Of a stretch of 64,000 bases of DNA, positions 13,062 to 31,394 are shown in pieces. A program made the translations under genes and the position numbers. Each line of letters starts with the position of its first letter. Position 1 is the first letter of the stretch. The stretch lies in NCBI GenBank assembly GCA_010093605.1, contig MU004200.1, forward strand, positions 496,001-560,000, given 5' to 3'. Under the pieces are notes generated by a model, which did no database searches, was not told the origin of the DNA, and saw nothing but the letters and a program-made list of their open reading frames with translations. This DNA comes from Lophium mytilinum (lineage: Eukaryota).

Positions 13062-15074
13062 TCAACCTGATGTCGACTGTCTCTGGTAGTTGCCTCTTCC
13101 TGCATTCTCTCCCTCCGCCGTTTGCATCCTCTCCCATCGCCTCTGCGATTCGCCCCATTTATGAACTCTCCGCTCCGTCAAGAAAACTGTATTGACCAGC
13201 ATTTTCATCGACAATCCCGATGCCTTGGCTGCCTCTTCGTAGAAAGCTCTAGCCGAGTCAGGCAATTCACTCTCGTGCCGATAATGCTTGTACTGACTTC
13301 CGGGTCGCTTGATGTCGTTGATCGCATTTTTCTCTGCGACTACCTTATTCACACCCATCTTCTGGTGAAAGTCTTCCACTCTTTTCGTCCGTGCAATCTG
13401 AACATGCGCTGCATCCGCATCAGGTGTCCTCGAGTCGTCAAGACGGTGTGCTGGTGGGCCGATGGGAAACTGATTGAACAGCTCCTTCCGAAAGTTGCTG
13501 TCTTTGTCTTGTTCTCGTATAGTCTCGTCCACCCAGTTTTTCTGATACCAGTCTAAGTACTGATCCATTTGATCGCCACTCAATGAAAAGATGTCCTTCT
13601 CCTGTAGCTCCATCACTTCTCGATTCTTCAGCTGCCCGGGTATTCCTATCGACTTCTTGAGCGTGGAGGTGGATTTCTCCCATGCTTCCCAGTCTATATT
13701 CGCGCCTGCTGGCTCTCCGTCGATGCTTGGGTGACGCTGAATTCGATCGAAAGGATAGAATAGCTTTATGCAGACGATGATTAAGGAAATGAGTTGTGCA
13801 TCGGGTATGTCAATAACACGAAGCCTTTTTACGGCAGCTTTCTTTGGATAAGCAAACGTGTAGATCAGAAGCTTGGCAAGCTTCGCCACGGCTCCATAGA
13901 TCTCTAACGGGAATGCTAGTTCTTTCATGTACCTGAATAGAAGGAGGGGATGATTGAGGGCTGGAAACAATATCCCGTGATGGTGTTCGTAAGAAAGCGC
14001 CAAATCCATAATTGCCCCATGCAGGCGTTTCTGTCGCAGGAGACCGGGCGGCTCGAGGACATTGGGTTTATATATCGGAGGCAATCGTTCCTTCATCGCC
14101 AGTGGAAGACAGTCCTTTGCTCTGGCATAAACCATATCACCGTTGGTAGTCCATTCGTAGACATCTCCGGTGGTAATCGGTATCCGTAGTGTCAATGCAC
14201 CTAGATAGCATAATGCCAGGGTGTCAATAAGCTTTGGTGTGTCTTTGGCCTTCCTTCCGCTGCCCATGTATTTGGAGCGGTTGTCATCAGAGTCCTCCGT
14301 GTCTTCCTCAGACCCGGAACTGAACATTTGTGACAGGGTCTCTTCCCTATCATCGGCCACACGGTCCTTGAGGTTCATGACTCGGAGAGCCCAAAGATCG
14401 AATATAACACTCTGAAGACCGGCAACCGATTAGCAGTGGGTTTTAGATTCATAGCAGCCGTAAAATACAAACCTCTAGCTCAGCTGGGAGGCCTTTTTCG
14501 TGGATAAGGAACCATATCTGGTGACGGAGAATGACTTGATAGCACTGGAGGTACAGAGTGAAAGCATCCCGTCCCGTATAGTCTGGCTATCGTTAGAAGG
14601 TTGAAGCCGGTGACACACATATGAGCCCGTTGTCTGATGATATGATATCTCGATGACAAAGAAAATTGCAATATGAGCATGCTCTGTATCGCGAATCCGC
14701 GACTACGCCAAACAGGGAGAAGAGGATATATAGAGCATGTGAAGTATGAAAAAAGATGAACTGTCGGACTGGACTTCCAAGTGGATATGGAATAACATAC
14801 ATTGGTACTGCTTCTCTGCCTCATCAACATCCGACTTTGCACTCTGCCATTTGGCATGCGGATTGAAGTCGTCCTCCTCTCTTTCCGTCGCGAGGACGTT
14901 CTAATTATGTTCGCGTCAGCGGATCGGCAGACCACTCGCATCTGTGTTCAGTCAACTTACGCCTCTTCGATGCCCATTTTGACAGTATTGATAGCCGTCG
15001 GCTTCTTCTTCGTAATGCCGCGACCTACAGTTTTCGATCCCACAGACTGGGCCTTTGATCCAGTGGGAGCTCAT
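13062..15074 (-). CDS. RRN7: RNA polymerase I core factor subunit Rrn7/TAF1B
   Basis: N-terminal Zn ribbon (CGIENCRS..Y...DGYQYCQNGH), LYLQCYQVILRHQ..L...GLPAELE, DTLALCYLGALTLRIP, YLDWY; 3 introns. Confidence 0.88.
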
Positions 15075-15634
15075 TGATAGGATGACTATGGTGTTCTTGA
15101 TTGGTGGTGGTGATGTGGTGGGTTGGAAGCGGGTAAACGCGACGGGCTAGGTTGGCTTTTGGATTAGCTCACATTTTTTTGTGACTCGGCGTGGCGTTCC
15201 CATGGTTTGGCGGAGGCCTAGTTTTTAGCTCTGACACCTGGGAATTTTCGCGTGCTACAGTAGTAGTGACTTAGTGCGGCTTGTGAGGTCTCACAAGTCC
15301 CGATTACGGTAAACGTAACGTCAATAATCACAAGCAGTCTCAATTTCCTCATGCCTGGACCGTGACCCTTGTTTTTATAGATTCGTGACTACGTATCTCC
15401 AGAGAGAAGAGCACAGCAATAATGCAAGAAACCCAAACCAGCCCCGTGAGAACCCTCAAATACCCGTCACCATCAGCATGGAAAGAGCATGGCGCTGGAG
15501 CAAGCCAAGATAGCCCAAAAAGTAATAGGTCTACATAGAACATGCAGATCCATCCTACGTTTTCGGACTGGTGCCAACAACGCTTTTTCTGAACTCCTCC
15601 CTGTTGACGGCCTCTCGTGTCCAAAGCCAGACAT

Positions 15635-16353
15635 CTAAGACTTGGGAGCCTCCTTGGCATCAATGGCGGTTTCCTCGCCCATGGCGGTGAGAACAATAAC
15701 ATCTGTGCATTCGTGAGCCAGGGAACGTAGAGGACGTTATGGTGTACTTACTAGTGTCCTTGCCCTCCTCAGTGAAGAGCTTGTGAACCTTGTCGCCGAC
15801 CTCGCCCTCGGGGAGCTTGACATCGTCCTTGGTGGAGCCGTCATCAGACATCAGGGAGAGGAAACCATCGTCGGTGATATCCAACTATCGGGGGTCAGTC
15901 ATGCGAGCCCACTGTTCTTTGTGCGGCGCACTTACAAGCTGGTATTCCTGGCGGCGGACGTTGGGGACGTCCATGTTGTGGGTGGAGGGGCAGAGTTCCT
16001 CCAGCTTCTTGCCGGTGAAGATGTCGATGGCCACAAGATGGACCTTGGCGTGGCCGTGCTTGCCGGTCTTGGAGGTGGACATTTCGACGATCTTGCAAGG
16101 GCGGTTCTTGATGCAGACGAAGCCGTTCTTCCTCAATGCCGAGCACTGCATGGGGTAGGTGGTCGAGGCACCGGCATCGGCGCTCTCGAAGGTGTGCTCA
16201 TGCTGCGATGGATGTCAATAATGGGGACGCGGGAGAGTCGCTGAGGGTCGATGCCAGGCCGCACTTTGACAGCGGGCATGCTCGAATCGATAAAGGTGGG
16301 GCACGAAACGAAGAGCGGACAAAAAAACATACCTGCGCGTCGTTGTCGGCCAT
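15635..16353 (-). CDS. TIF51: Translation factor eIF5A
   Basis: Hypusination motif [33 protein letters not shown]; 3 introns. Confidence 0.98.
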
Positions 16354-16671
16354 GGTGCAAATGAGTGTTGGATTATAGCGACTCGAGGCGCGGAAGAAGT
16401 CGTAGAGGTGAGGGGCGAGTTGAGGCGGGCGGGAAGGTGGATGGCGCAGAAAATTGGGTGAAGGGTGGAGGGGAAACGACGGGAGCGAGGCAACGGGCCC
16501 GGCGCAACGATCCGCCGGCGCCGATGCCTGTCGATCGCCCAGGTGCAAGTGGCCGCGTTGACCGACGAACTGCTTCAAAATATATAAGATACACCAGAAT
16601 CCACTGCGTACCCTCCGCTACCCTCCGCTGCCCTCGAAATGCGTAGGTAGAGGCAAGCGCCATCCATCAGC

Positions 16672-18837
16672 ATGTGGCTGGACCGCTTCTCGACGCCCAG
16701 CGGCACGCCTCCGCCTCAAGGGCGACCCTATTCACCTGCACCTCGACGCCCATACAACCCAACTGGCCCCGGACCGCTCCCTCAAAGACCAGGCCTCCCA
16801 GAGCGGACATCGTCGCTGTCTCTCGTCTCTCCCAACTCTTCCACGACCAGCCTCCCAGCAGGTGCACGTGGCCCCAATGGCGCGGCCCGCAGGAGACAGC
16901 CGCCGCTCAACGTGTCAGATCCGCTGCAGGTGCTGGAAAGTATACTCGGCGCCCCTCCACGGAGGTCGGTGCTTAGCAAAGGAAATGGTGCAGCGATTGT
17001 GCCACCAGGGAAGCCGGACGAGTTGGTCGACGACATAGACTTCGGAGGGTTGAGTCTGCAGGAGTTCGCCCAGGAGACGACGGCGCGGGAACTGGCACCT
17101 GTACATACATATAGCGCGCAATCAGTTGAAGAATGTATGTGTCTGGTCCTGTGACGCGTGAAAGTGAGCTCATGCTACCGCAGATGACAAAGAGAAAGAC
17201 AAGTTCGAGGACTTGCACCGGTCGATACTGGTACGAACAGCACGCCGGACATTGCTTTGCCTTAGCTGACCCCCCACCTTAGGCCTGCGACGAGGTGCTC
17301 AAGTCAGTCGAGATGTACCTTACCAACTTTCAATCCGACCTAGGGGCTGTTTCCGCCGAGATTGAGACCCTACAATCGCGGTCTACAGCATTGAACACCA
17401 AACTCGAGAACCGCAAAGTGGTCGAGAAGCTGCTAGGACCTGCCGTCGAGGACATCAGCATATCCCCTGCCGTTGTCAAAAGGATATCGGAAGGTCCCAT
17501 CGACGACAATTTCCTACGGGCGTTGAACGAGTTGGAGAAACGCTCGAAAAGCATCAATACCAAAGTCAAGGAGAGCACGAGTATCAAGGCGCTCGATGAC
17601 GTGAAACCAATGTTAGACGACTTGACGAACAAAGTAAGAATCTCACATTTGCGCAGGCGAGACATAGACTAATACATAAATCTAGGCCGTGGAGCGCATA
17701 AGAGATTACATTGTAGCTCAGATAAAGGCTATTCGATCTCCGAGCATTAACGCTCAAATCATTCAGCAGCAAGCCTTCCTCAAATACAGAGAGCTGTTCA
17801 CGTTCTTGGCTAAACACCAGCCACAACTAGCGGAGGAAATTGGCAAGGCGTACGTATTCACAATGCGCTGGTATTACCTGAATCACTTCTCCAGGTATCA
17901 GAAAGCCCTAGAGAAGCTCAAGATTCATGCACTAGACAAACACGACGTACTAGGACAGGAAGAGACCGTCAAGCGAGGTGCACTCTTGGGCAACGCAAGA
18001 GGTGCTCCTGCAGCCTATGACGCTTTTTCGATTGGACGAAGGATTGACCTGCTGAAGACCCCATCTCACGCTGCGCTAACAGCGTATGTGGCTGAAGAGG
18101 AGAAAGCGACCCATTATCTCGAAGTGCCTTTCCGAGCGTTCAATCTCGCACTCATTGACAATGCCTCGTTTGAGTATACCTTCTTGACGACGTACTTTGG
18201 CCCCGTCCAGAACTACCACTCTATCTCTCGCACATTCATGTCTATCTTTGAGCCAACTTTCGCTCTTGGTCAGGCCCTTACGAAGCAGCTCATCGAGACC
18301 ACTACCGATGGCCTCGGTATTCTCCTCTGTGTTCGTCTCAATCAGCATTTTGCATTCGAAATGCAACGACGCAAGGTTCCTACCGTAGAAGGGTATATCA
18401 ACGCCACAAACATGCTGTTATGGCCACGCTTTCAGCTCGTGATCGACCAGAACTGCGAGTCGCTGCGACGGTTGACGGCCTCCCTGCCCAATCGAGCTGC
18501 ATCTTCCGCGTCCATACTCACCTCTTCGTCTGCTCCACAGTCTACAGCTCCCCATCCCATGACTCAGAAGTTCGCGAACCTCCTACAAAGCATACTCTCA
18601 CTCAGCTCAGAAGCCGGAGACGATGAACCGGTTTCGAATAGTCTCGGTCGCTTGCGAAGTGACTTTGAGGCCTACTTGACACGGTTGAGCAAAGGCATCG
18701 CAGAACAGAGAAAACGCGAGCGATTCTTGTGCAACAACTACAGCTTGGTCTGCACAATTCTAGCAGATACAGATGGCAGGCTGGCAGAGGAAGCGAAAGA
18801 GCATTTTAAAACTTTACGGGATACATTCGACAATTAG
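16672..18837 (+). CDS. VPS52: GARP complex subunit Vps52/Sac2
   Basis: MWLDRFS...; FQSDLGAVSAEIETLQSRS; ERIRDYIVAQIKAIRSP; TMRWYY; FNLALIDNASFEY; MLLWPRFQ; RERFLCNNYSLV; 3 introns. Confidence 0.93.
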
Positions 18838-19739
18838 CATGGAGTTCTGTATTGATTTTAGCGTCCCATTGCTGATGATGAAATAGAGTTTGGAGCGCTT
18901 AGGCACGGCATCTGGATAGGCGTATCTATTGTTAATGGCGTACATGCAGCAAACGGAATGCTCGTTCTGCCAATGTTTCCCAAAATGACAAATCACGTCA
19001 AGGCGTTTACGTTGTTCTTACGAAGAGCTGATCATGAACACTAAATCTTTATCCTCCGCTACCTCGAGGACTTTACGTTATGTGCGTTTCTAACACATTG
19101 CCGGAGCATCCTAGCGAGCGGTACGCAAATTTGCCCTATGTTATTTCCGTGCCCACGCTTCATTTACGCCACAAGCGAAATCGAAGCTTTCGACATGCGG
19201 ACGTAGAAACAACTGTCAACTTGGATTAGGTCTAGCGTCAATATTAGTTCTACCCTCAGAACATCCAACGTCGGGCCCAGATCCCAGACGATCCATTCGA
19301 ATGTTTTTTCTTGCTAATAAGCCAATAAGAAGCTACAACGTCACTGCTTTAGGATAAATCTAGGACCATGTGGCGTTGTGTAATCGCTGTAGGTCACCCG
19401 CCTCCTCCTTTAACGGAAAACCTCAACCGTTGCATTTTCATCATCACCATCTCAACATGGCTAATACCGCCCCAAAGACGCGTAGTCCCATGGTTCGCGT
19501 CTCCCGAGCTCTCCAAGACCTTCCCCAGACTGAGGGTTACCCCGTGGGGTATCTCCGCTTCTCCACTTTCCTGAGTGACAGCGGCCGTGCTCTCTCGCCG
19601 AGGGAACGTGCCCTGGAACCACATCTTCGGAGGTAGCTTTCCGTGTGATACATATAATGATGATCTTGACTCCGCTTTGTTGTTCCTTTCGTTCTGAGCT
19701 CGCGTCTAGTCTCTTACATTTTTCTCATTGCCCCCTAAG

Positions 19740-21598
19740 ATGACGAAAACAAGCGTTTACAATGTCCTCGTGGGCGCGACGGTGGCGGTTGGTAGCTTCA
19801 CGTATGGTTTTGGTGTGTTATCCAGACGAATGCGTATCCTACCGGCTTGCTAAATTACCTTACTAGGTTTTGCGGCCTTTGCGACTAGTATTGGCCAACC
19901 CGGGTTTTACGAGTACTTCAACCTCACCACTATTGGTCCTGGCGCAGCATACACGAATCATATCCTCGGCGCGGTCAACGCTCTCTTCTTCTTTGGCGCT
20001 TGTGTCGGAGCCATTGGGGCTGGTCCGCTTGCCGATAAGATTGGGAGGAAATGGACTCTGTTCGCCGCAGCTCTGGTCTCAGTCATCGGAGGCGCATTAG
20101 CTGCAGGTAGCGTTCACGTGGCTATGCTCATCGTAGTCCGAATCATTCAAGGATCAGGGCTGGGTGCGCTTGCGACTATGGTCCCGTAAGTAACTCCTAG
20201 GTTACGTTGTTGTTGTGCTTAACCCTACTATTTAGTATCTATCTCGCCGAAGCTTCTACTCCTTCCAAACGAGGCATGCTCACGGGCTTGCATGGCTTTT
20301 TCCTTGTCTCCGGCTACAACACATCGGCTTGGGTGGGGCTGGGATGCCACTTCTCCAAGAATCTGACCTTTGGATGGCGGGGTCCAATTGCATTCACATG
20401 CATCCCTCCTATCATCCTCCTGATCGGCTGTATTTGGATCCCAGAATCTCCCCGATGGCTCATTGCCAACAATCGAGTGGACGAAGCGTGGAAGGTCCTA
20501 AGTCGATTGCACAACGATGCCAACGACCCAGATGAGATGGCTGCTCACGAAGAGTTCTATCAGATGACGCGGCAGATCGAATTCGAATCCAGTACGCCTG
20601 GTGGATACTTGGAGATCTTGAGGAACCCTCGATACCGCAAACGAGCTTTCTTGTCTTGCTTTGTACAACTTGCCGCAAACTCTACCGGGGCTTTGGTAAT
20701 AAACTACTACAGGTGGGACGATGTATTCATATGCGAATCGTACTGTGCTAACCACTCCCACGCAGCGTCATTATCTACGAGAACCTCGGACTGACAGGCT
20801 ACATGCCCCTACTGATGTATTGCATATACACCTTGATCGGAGCGCTGGGCAATCTCTTCTCCCTACTTACTATCGATCGAACTGGTCGCAGATTTGTAAG
20901 TACTAGGACAAGCTCTATTTGAGATCAGTACTGACTATCTGACCTCCTTAGTCACTCCTCGTTGGGTTCTCTGGATGTCTGGTAGCTGTCGTCTTGGAAA
21001 CAGCCATGGTTGGCAAATTCGTTACGAGCACAAACCCAAATAAGGACGGTCAGAAAGTCGCGATCTTTGCTATCATGTTGTAAGACCTCCCCCTCCCCCG
21101 CCTCTCTGCTTCGAGGAACTTCTTGTAATTTGCAGATACTGATCAACTTCTAGCTTCGTCTTCTTCTATGGCCTGTTCATTGACGCCGCGTCATTCATCT
21201 ACAGCAGCGAAATCTACCCGACAAACATTCGCTCACGTGGCGTAGCCATGGCCACATTCACCTATTTTGCTGCTTGCATTACATACGTCACTCCAGGAGC
21301 TACCGCCATTGCGAATATTGGATATAAGTACTTCATCGGTAAGCCATCCGATCCGTTCTCAAATTATCATCAGCGCGTACTAACTGCTTCAGTCTTTATC
21401 TGCCTCACGGTGGTGACAATCATTGTGATTTACTTCTACTACCCCGAAACCAAGGGCAAGAGTCTGGAAGAGCTGGCAGAGCTGTTTGGAGATCCCGTCA
21501 TCGTGCATTTGACAGATGCAACGGATGAGCAGAAGATGGAGATGGATCTGGATATCAAGAACCAGCTAATCGCGGAGCATCGCGAGGACGTGAAGTAA
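19740..21598 (+). CDS. MFS sugar porter family transporter
   Basis: ADKIGRK, RIIQG, PESPRWL, IDRTGRR, YSSEIYPTNIRSRG, YPETKGKSLEEL; about 6 introns. Confidence 0.92.
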
Positions 21599-21943
21599 GG
21601 GAAACGGGATGGCCTTCATTCGGTTTGTGTAAGAGTAACAAAGCCTTGAATTTAGTCGTCGAACTGTGCATATAATAAAGACGGGTTGCAAGCACATTGT
21701 CAGGGAGCAACATGAGGTCAACGCCAAAATCGTGATCATTTCCTATGAGTGTGGATGACCCAAGAACTCTATGAACTCGACATCAGAGAAAGAGCAGCCG
21801 CCTCATCGACTACGCCTCAGTTGGTCCCGAGCTTTGTGCCCAAACGCCCGCTAAAGCCACTGTCTCGTCAGCCCGCCTGCCACTATCAGACGGTAAGATA
21901 ACCCGATATCATCAAAACCAAGCCCTTGGTATGTAGGCCGGCT

Positions 21944-22668
21944 CTAGGTCTTCTTCTTCGGGAACTTGACGTCCCCAATCTTATCACCCCGCAGCACGAC
22001 ATTCAGCACACGCTCCATGTTCCCCAATAGCTTTTGGTCCGGCGCGGCGGAGCCCCGCTCGAAGTCGGCGATGATGGTGGGCGTGCTGTTGCACTTGGTC
22101 GCGAGGTCTTTCTGCGTCATGGTGTTGCCTTTGTCGTTTTTCGCCTCGGAGCGGGCCTTCTTGATGGCGTCGCCGACTCGCACGCCGACGGTCTTGGGCT
22201 TGACGATGTCGTCGGAGCGGTCGACTTTGGTGAGATGTTGGCCCTCGACGGCGGGCTTGGTGGCCTATGGAGAAGCATATTAGTAAAAGGTATGGAGATG
22301 TCGATACGGATGCGGTGAGGGTGTGGGGGCCAAGGCGGCCTGCAGCTGTCAACGCTTGCACCCGAAGGCCACCACTTCCATACAGTCATTGAGTAGGACA
22401 GTGGCGACCCAAGTGTGAAACTTTCAAGAGCTCGCTGCAGGCCTTCGCAGGCCCTTTATCGTCTTCTTCCTGTGCGGGTCTTAGATAGCAGATGTGGCAA
22501 ACGTACCGCATTTCCAGCGCCGAACTTCTTCTCCGTAGCAACGATAGCCCCACTCCGCTGGGCAGCGTTCAGCGCACCCTTTCCTCGCACGACCGTCTCG
22601 CGGGGCCCTGCACCAGAGCCACGGGTTCGGCTGCCGATCTTGGTAACGGATTCCCAGTCGTCAGACAT
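21944..22668 (-). CDS. MBF1: Multiprotein bridging factor 1
   Basis: [17 protein letters not shown]...[21 protein letters not shown]|...[17 protein letters not shown]...[11 protein letters not shown] (HTH). Intron 22265-22506. Confidence 0.97.
22327..22454 (-). other. Long RNA hairpin inside the MBF1 intron
   Basis: Nested stems on the transcribed strand: GGGCC/GGCCC, GGCCUGCAGC/GCUGCAGGCC (perfect 10 bp), CACUUG/CGGGUG, GGUCGCCACU/AGUGGUGGCC, UCC-UAC/GUA-GGA. Several G-U pairs. Confidence 0.75.
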
Positions 22669-23378
22669 GATGTTATCGGAGGTGTGGAGGTTGTGGGGAT
22701 TGTAGGTGGTTTGGAATTGTGTGGTGGAACGGTTGAGAGAGTGGTTTGTGTGAAGTGAAGCTGAGTTGGATTATGTATGGGAGACGGAAGCAGCTGCGGT
22801 GGTATTTGTATGGATGAGTCGACGCTGGGGGCGGTGCTGGAAGCATGGAGGGGTGAGTAATGAATTCAACTAGCGCCTGTTTGGGATAAGCGTTTCGAGA
22901 AGCGTCTACCTAACATTCACTGCGGACTTAACGGCCACCGCCCTTCAGCCCTTCACGAGGTCGCCTTCACCGCTCGAAGAGCTCCTGAAAGCCCACTATG
23001 TCTCCAACCATCATATATGTATGTATGTACCGCTAGTTCTCAGACTTAAGACAATTATATCGTGACAATCTCCCTAAATTCGAAATGTCTCCGAGATAGA
23101 GCACGCGGTTATGATGTCAATACACCCAAGTTGAGGGCTAACGCTTATGGTTTGCTAAGAACACTACAAACCGATATGTTTGTCTCTTTGCAATAAGGCT
23201 TCAAAATTTGGCTGGAGTTCTAGAATATCGGGAGCACCAGAAATCATTTAGAACGCAAACGACCATACTGAAAATACCGCTATGTTGCTGCAGGGATTCT
23301 AGACGGGCTTAAATAATGCTGAGGTCCCGAAGAGATGACTATTTGATGAGACATGCGCAGCTAACCGCTGTCCGCAAA

Positions 23379-25383
23379 TCAGTGCTCGCAGAAACTGAAC
23401 TGTTCACTTTCGTACTCTTCATTGACCTCGTCAACAAAAGCTCTGCGCTCTTCCATCAATTCTTCGCGGATTTTCTTCGCCTCCTCTATGCTGATTGGGA
23501 AGTCTGTCACGTCGTCGACGATAAAGTTTTGCAACTCTGCCGGCAAATCGCCAACTCTAGTCTCGTCTCGCACCAATTCAGCCCACCAGTCCTTCTGCTG
23601 TGGTGGCACATTCGCGGTACTGATAATGCGCTGATACGGGTCGATCAAGAACAACGCTAGGATCTTTCGGTGGCCCGGTTTAGTTTCGTCAACAAGTTTG
23701 AAGGGCTGGACTTGGTGTTGCAGCACATTTGGGAACACGAGGAGGCGGCCTTCGCGGGTGAGGACTTGTCCTAGATTCTGGATACCAGGACCCTCTTGCT
23801 CGATGTCGTAGACATATTCAACACCTGTAGATATCAGAGTCTGCCGATAACGTCAAAGGAGACACCTACCATCGTAATCACTCTGGTTGTACGTCTTCAT
23901 GTTTATGTCGTCGTCAACATCCACCTGCTATATTTAGTATACTGAACACAATGAACAAGCAGGCTTAGTGCGATTTCTTACCTTCTGTCGAAATGCTAGA
24001 TGACTGTCTGTGATGTTAGAGTTGTCGAGGTAGTACAAAGCCGTTGCCGCTATGTGCTCGTTGAGCTGTCCTTCAATATGCCACGAACCTCCGGCATAAG
24101 CTGGCTTCTCTGGGGTCAGGTGGATTGTTGCGATTTTGACAATTACCTAGATATTGAGTTTTAGTCAATTGTGGGAACTGGAGAAGAGAGGGACCCTCGA
24201 AGTTTTGACATACCTGGATTTTCGAGAAATCCTTGAAATCCATCTTGACGTGCGGTTGTCTATCCACATCGTCGTAGGCCACGGCATCAGGTTCCACCAG
24301 AACTCGTGTGTCATGCAGCCATTGCTCGTCCCTCTCGTAAGCGTCAACATCGTCAGACGTCTCGTCATCTTCCTTCGGCCGAGACTCCCCTTGAGGAAAC
24401 TCATACACCTTGGATTCGTGAATATAAGTGGAAGAACGACTGACTCAGACATTTCCACATACCGTCTCTTCCATAGGCACGCGCTGACAGGACGTTATTC
24501 GAAGGGATTTGAAGACCGTAGACCACGGATGAATTGACTTTGCGATGAACTTTTCGATGACCTTGTACAGCCCCTCATAATGAACAGGGTGCAAGTTGTT
24601 GATGTAGCTAGTAATCTGCGCGTCGCCATTTTCGCCCAACGCCACCTCACATGGCAGCCATTGGAACTTTCGTGACCAGAATTTGTCTTCCCCAAGACTC
24701 CTCGTTCTCAAGCTTGCATTGAGGTGCAAAACCTTGACATCGTTTTCTGCAGGCTCTGGGATTACTTCGCCTTTGCCACAGTTCTCCACACAGTCCTGGA
24801 GGCCAACTGTGCCCTCCGGAAGGACTCGGGAACGACCGTATAGAAGAGGAAACAATGAAGGGTGAACGAGATCTAGAACTTGTTCGTTGGATCCAGGATG
24901 CCAGTCCTTGAGCCTATCTGGAACGTTTTCGAGTGGTTTGATGGCTGATTGGAGTTCATTTTTGAGACCCTCGGGAATGATGCTGTCGGACTTGACGACG
25001 GCCACATCTCCATCTAGAACAGGAAGGATACCAGATTCGTCGTACGCCTTCGCTTTATTTCGGAGTTCGGCCATGCAATGCTCAAACATGTTCGAACTGA
25101 AGCCATGGCCCTCATCGGTCAAGACCTCCGTGCGCCATTTGGCAACGATCTCTTCATCAAACGCTTTTCGAGTCCAGTCTGGTTTGTCGGTAATCTGGTT
25201 GACCATTGCGAGCATCGATTTCTCCCTCACGGTCATAGGGCCGGCAGCCCAATCCGAAATGGCGTTCGGAAGCCGAATTATCGTAACTGGGCCATCGTGG
25301 TGACTTCCCTCGTACCAGCGTATAGGCTCATGATTGACTGGAAGGCCAAAGCCCGGCAATTGGACTCGTTGGCCCTCTGTCAT
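23379..25383 (-). CDS. DUF4246-family protein (2OG-Fe(II) oxygenase-like)
   Basis: ITDKPDW, DWHPGSNEQVLDLVHPSLFPL, FQWLPCEV, SYINNLHP, QVIVKIATIHLTPEKP.Y.GGSWHIEGQLNEHI, FPNVLQHQV.PF.L.D.TKPGHRK.LALFLIDP; 4 introns. Confidence 0.9.
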
Positions 25384-25931
25384 AATCGTGGTGTGTAGAG
25401 TATGTATTCTCGATGTGTGCAACCGCTGTGTCCTGTTGATGGCACTGTACATGTACAACCACGTTCCCGAGGGCTGTATTTATAGCTGTCCGTTTGATGT
25501 GATACAGCGTTTCGGTCTGGTGTGCTGCCTCCAGTAGTGTCGTGAATGAAGTTAGTGAAGAGCGAGCCCCTGACTGAGATGACTTCGGCCGGGGCTAATA
25601 AAAGCCACATGCTGAGGCAGCGGCACGTCATACGAGGCATACCAGGTGGCACTGGAAAGACGCTGCATCCTATTGTACGGGCTCAGGTCATCGGGCGGCG
25701 TATTCACTATCTCCTTCCGACATTTGATGATGTGCAGGCATCTTGTAGTCGACGTTGTCTCGAGGGCCAGGAGCGCTAAGGGCACAAAATACATGAGCAG
25801 AATAAGCAGGCCCACTTCAATTTTGCACAGAGAGTCATACGGCATACCATAAAAATACAAAGGAAGAACACTTAGCCTGGTGGTCAGTATTACTGTAGTA
25901 CACCCGGTAAGCTGAGAAAGTTTGGACATTT

Positions 25932-25938
25932 TGACTCA
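25932..25938 (+). promoter_or_regulatory. Gcn4/CpcA response element TGACTCA upstream of ARO1
   Basis: Perfect TGACTCA about 150 bp before the ARO1 ATG. Confidence 0.6.
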
Positions 25939-26000
25939 CAAGCAATTCCCCCACGACGTGTGCTCATTATGACCCGCCGCCCATTGTTCGTGTAGCTTAA

Positions 26001-31002
<5,002 letters not shown>

Positions 31003-31394
31003 AGGAAAAGCTTGTCTTAAGAAATGCGCCTGCATGTTAGATGAAGGAGAAGAGGTTGCATCAAGTGTAACTTCTGACGATAGATAGGACGTGTCTCGAT
31101 TCTCATGTAGTTTACGTTCAATGAATGCAGTAAGATGTATCAAAACCACGTATCGACTCAGGTTGGACCCTTCGTCGATCACTTGACTGGTCAGCCTTCA
31201 AGGAGAAAACTCCGCTTGTACGGTTCCGATTGGGTGGCTCAGGGTCCGTTAGTGGCGCTTGGCGGATATCGGCGAAGCTTAGCCCGCCCGATCTGAAACC
31301 ATCCAATCTCACGTCCACACTTGCTTCCTGACTTCAACACCCTCACTTCACAGCTTCCGAGGTCTACAAACGACCAAAGCGCCGATACACAGCC

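Noticed and set aside
18870..19035. Box C/D snoRNA (ATGATGA ... CTGA) after VPS52
   Set aside because: No terminal stem or recognisable rRNA guide; likely 3' UTR.
19368..19636. uORFs before the sugar transporter
   Set aside because: They lie upstream of the likely TATA-like element (~19652), so they are probably not on the mRNA.
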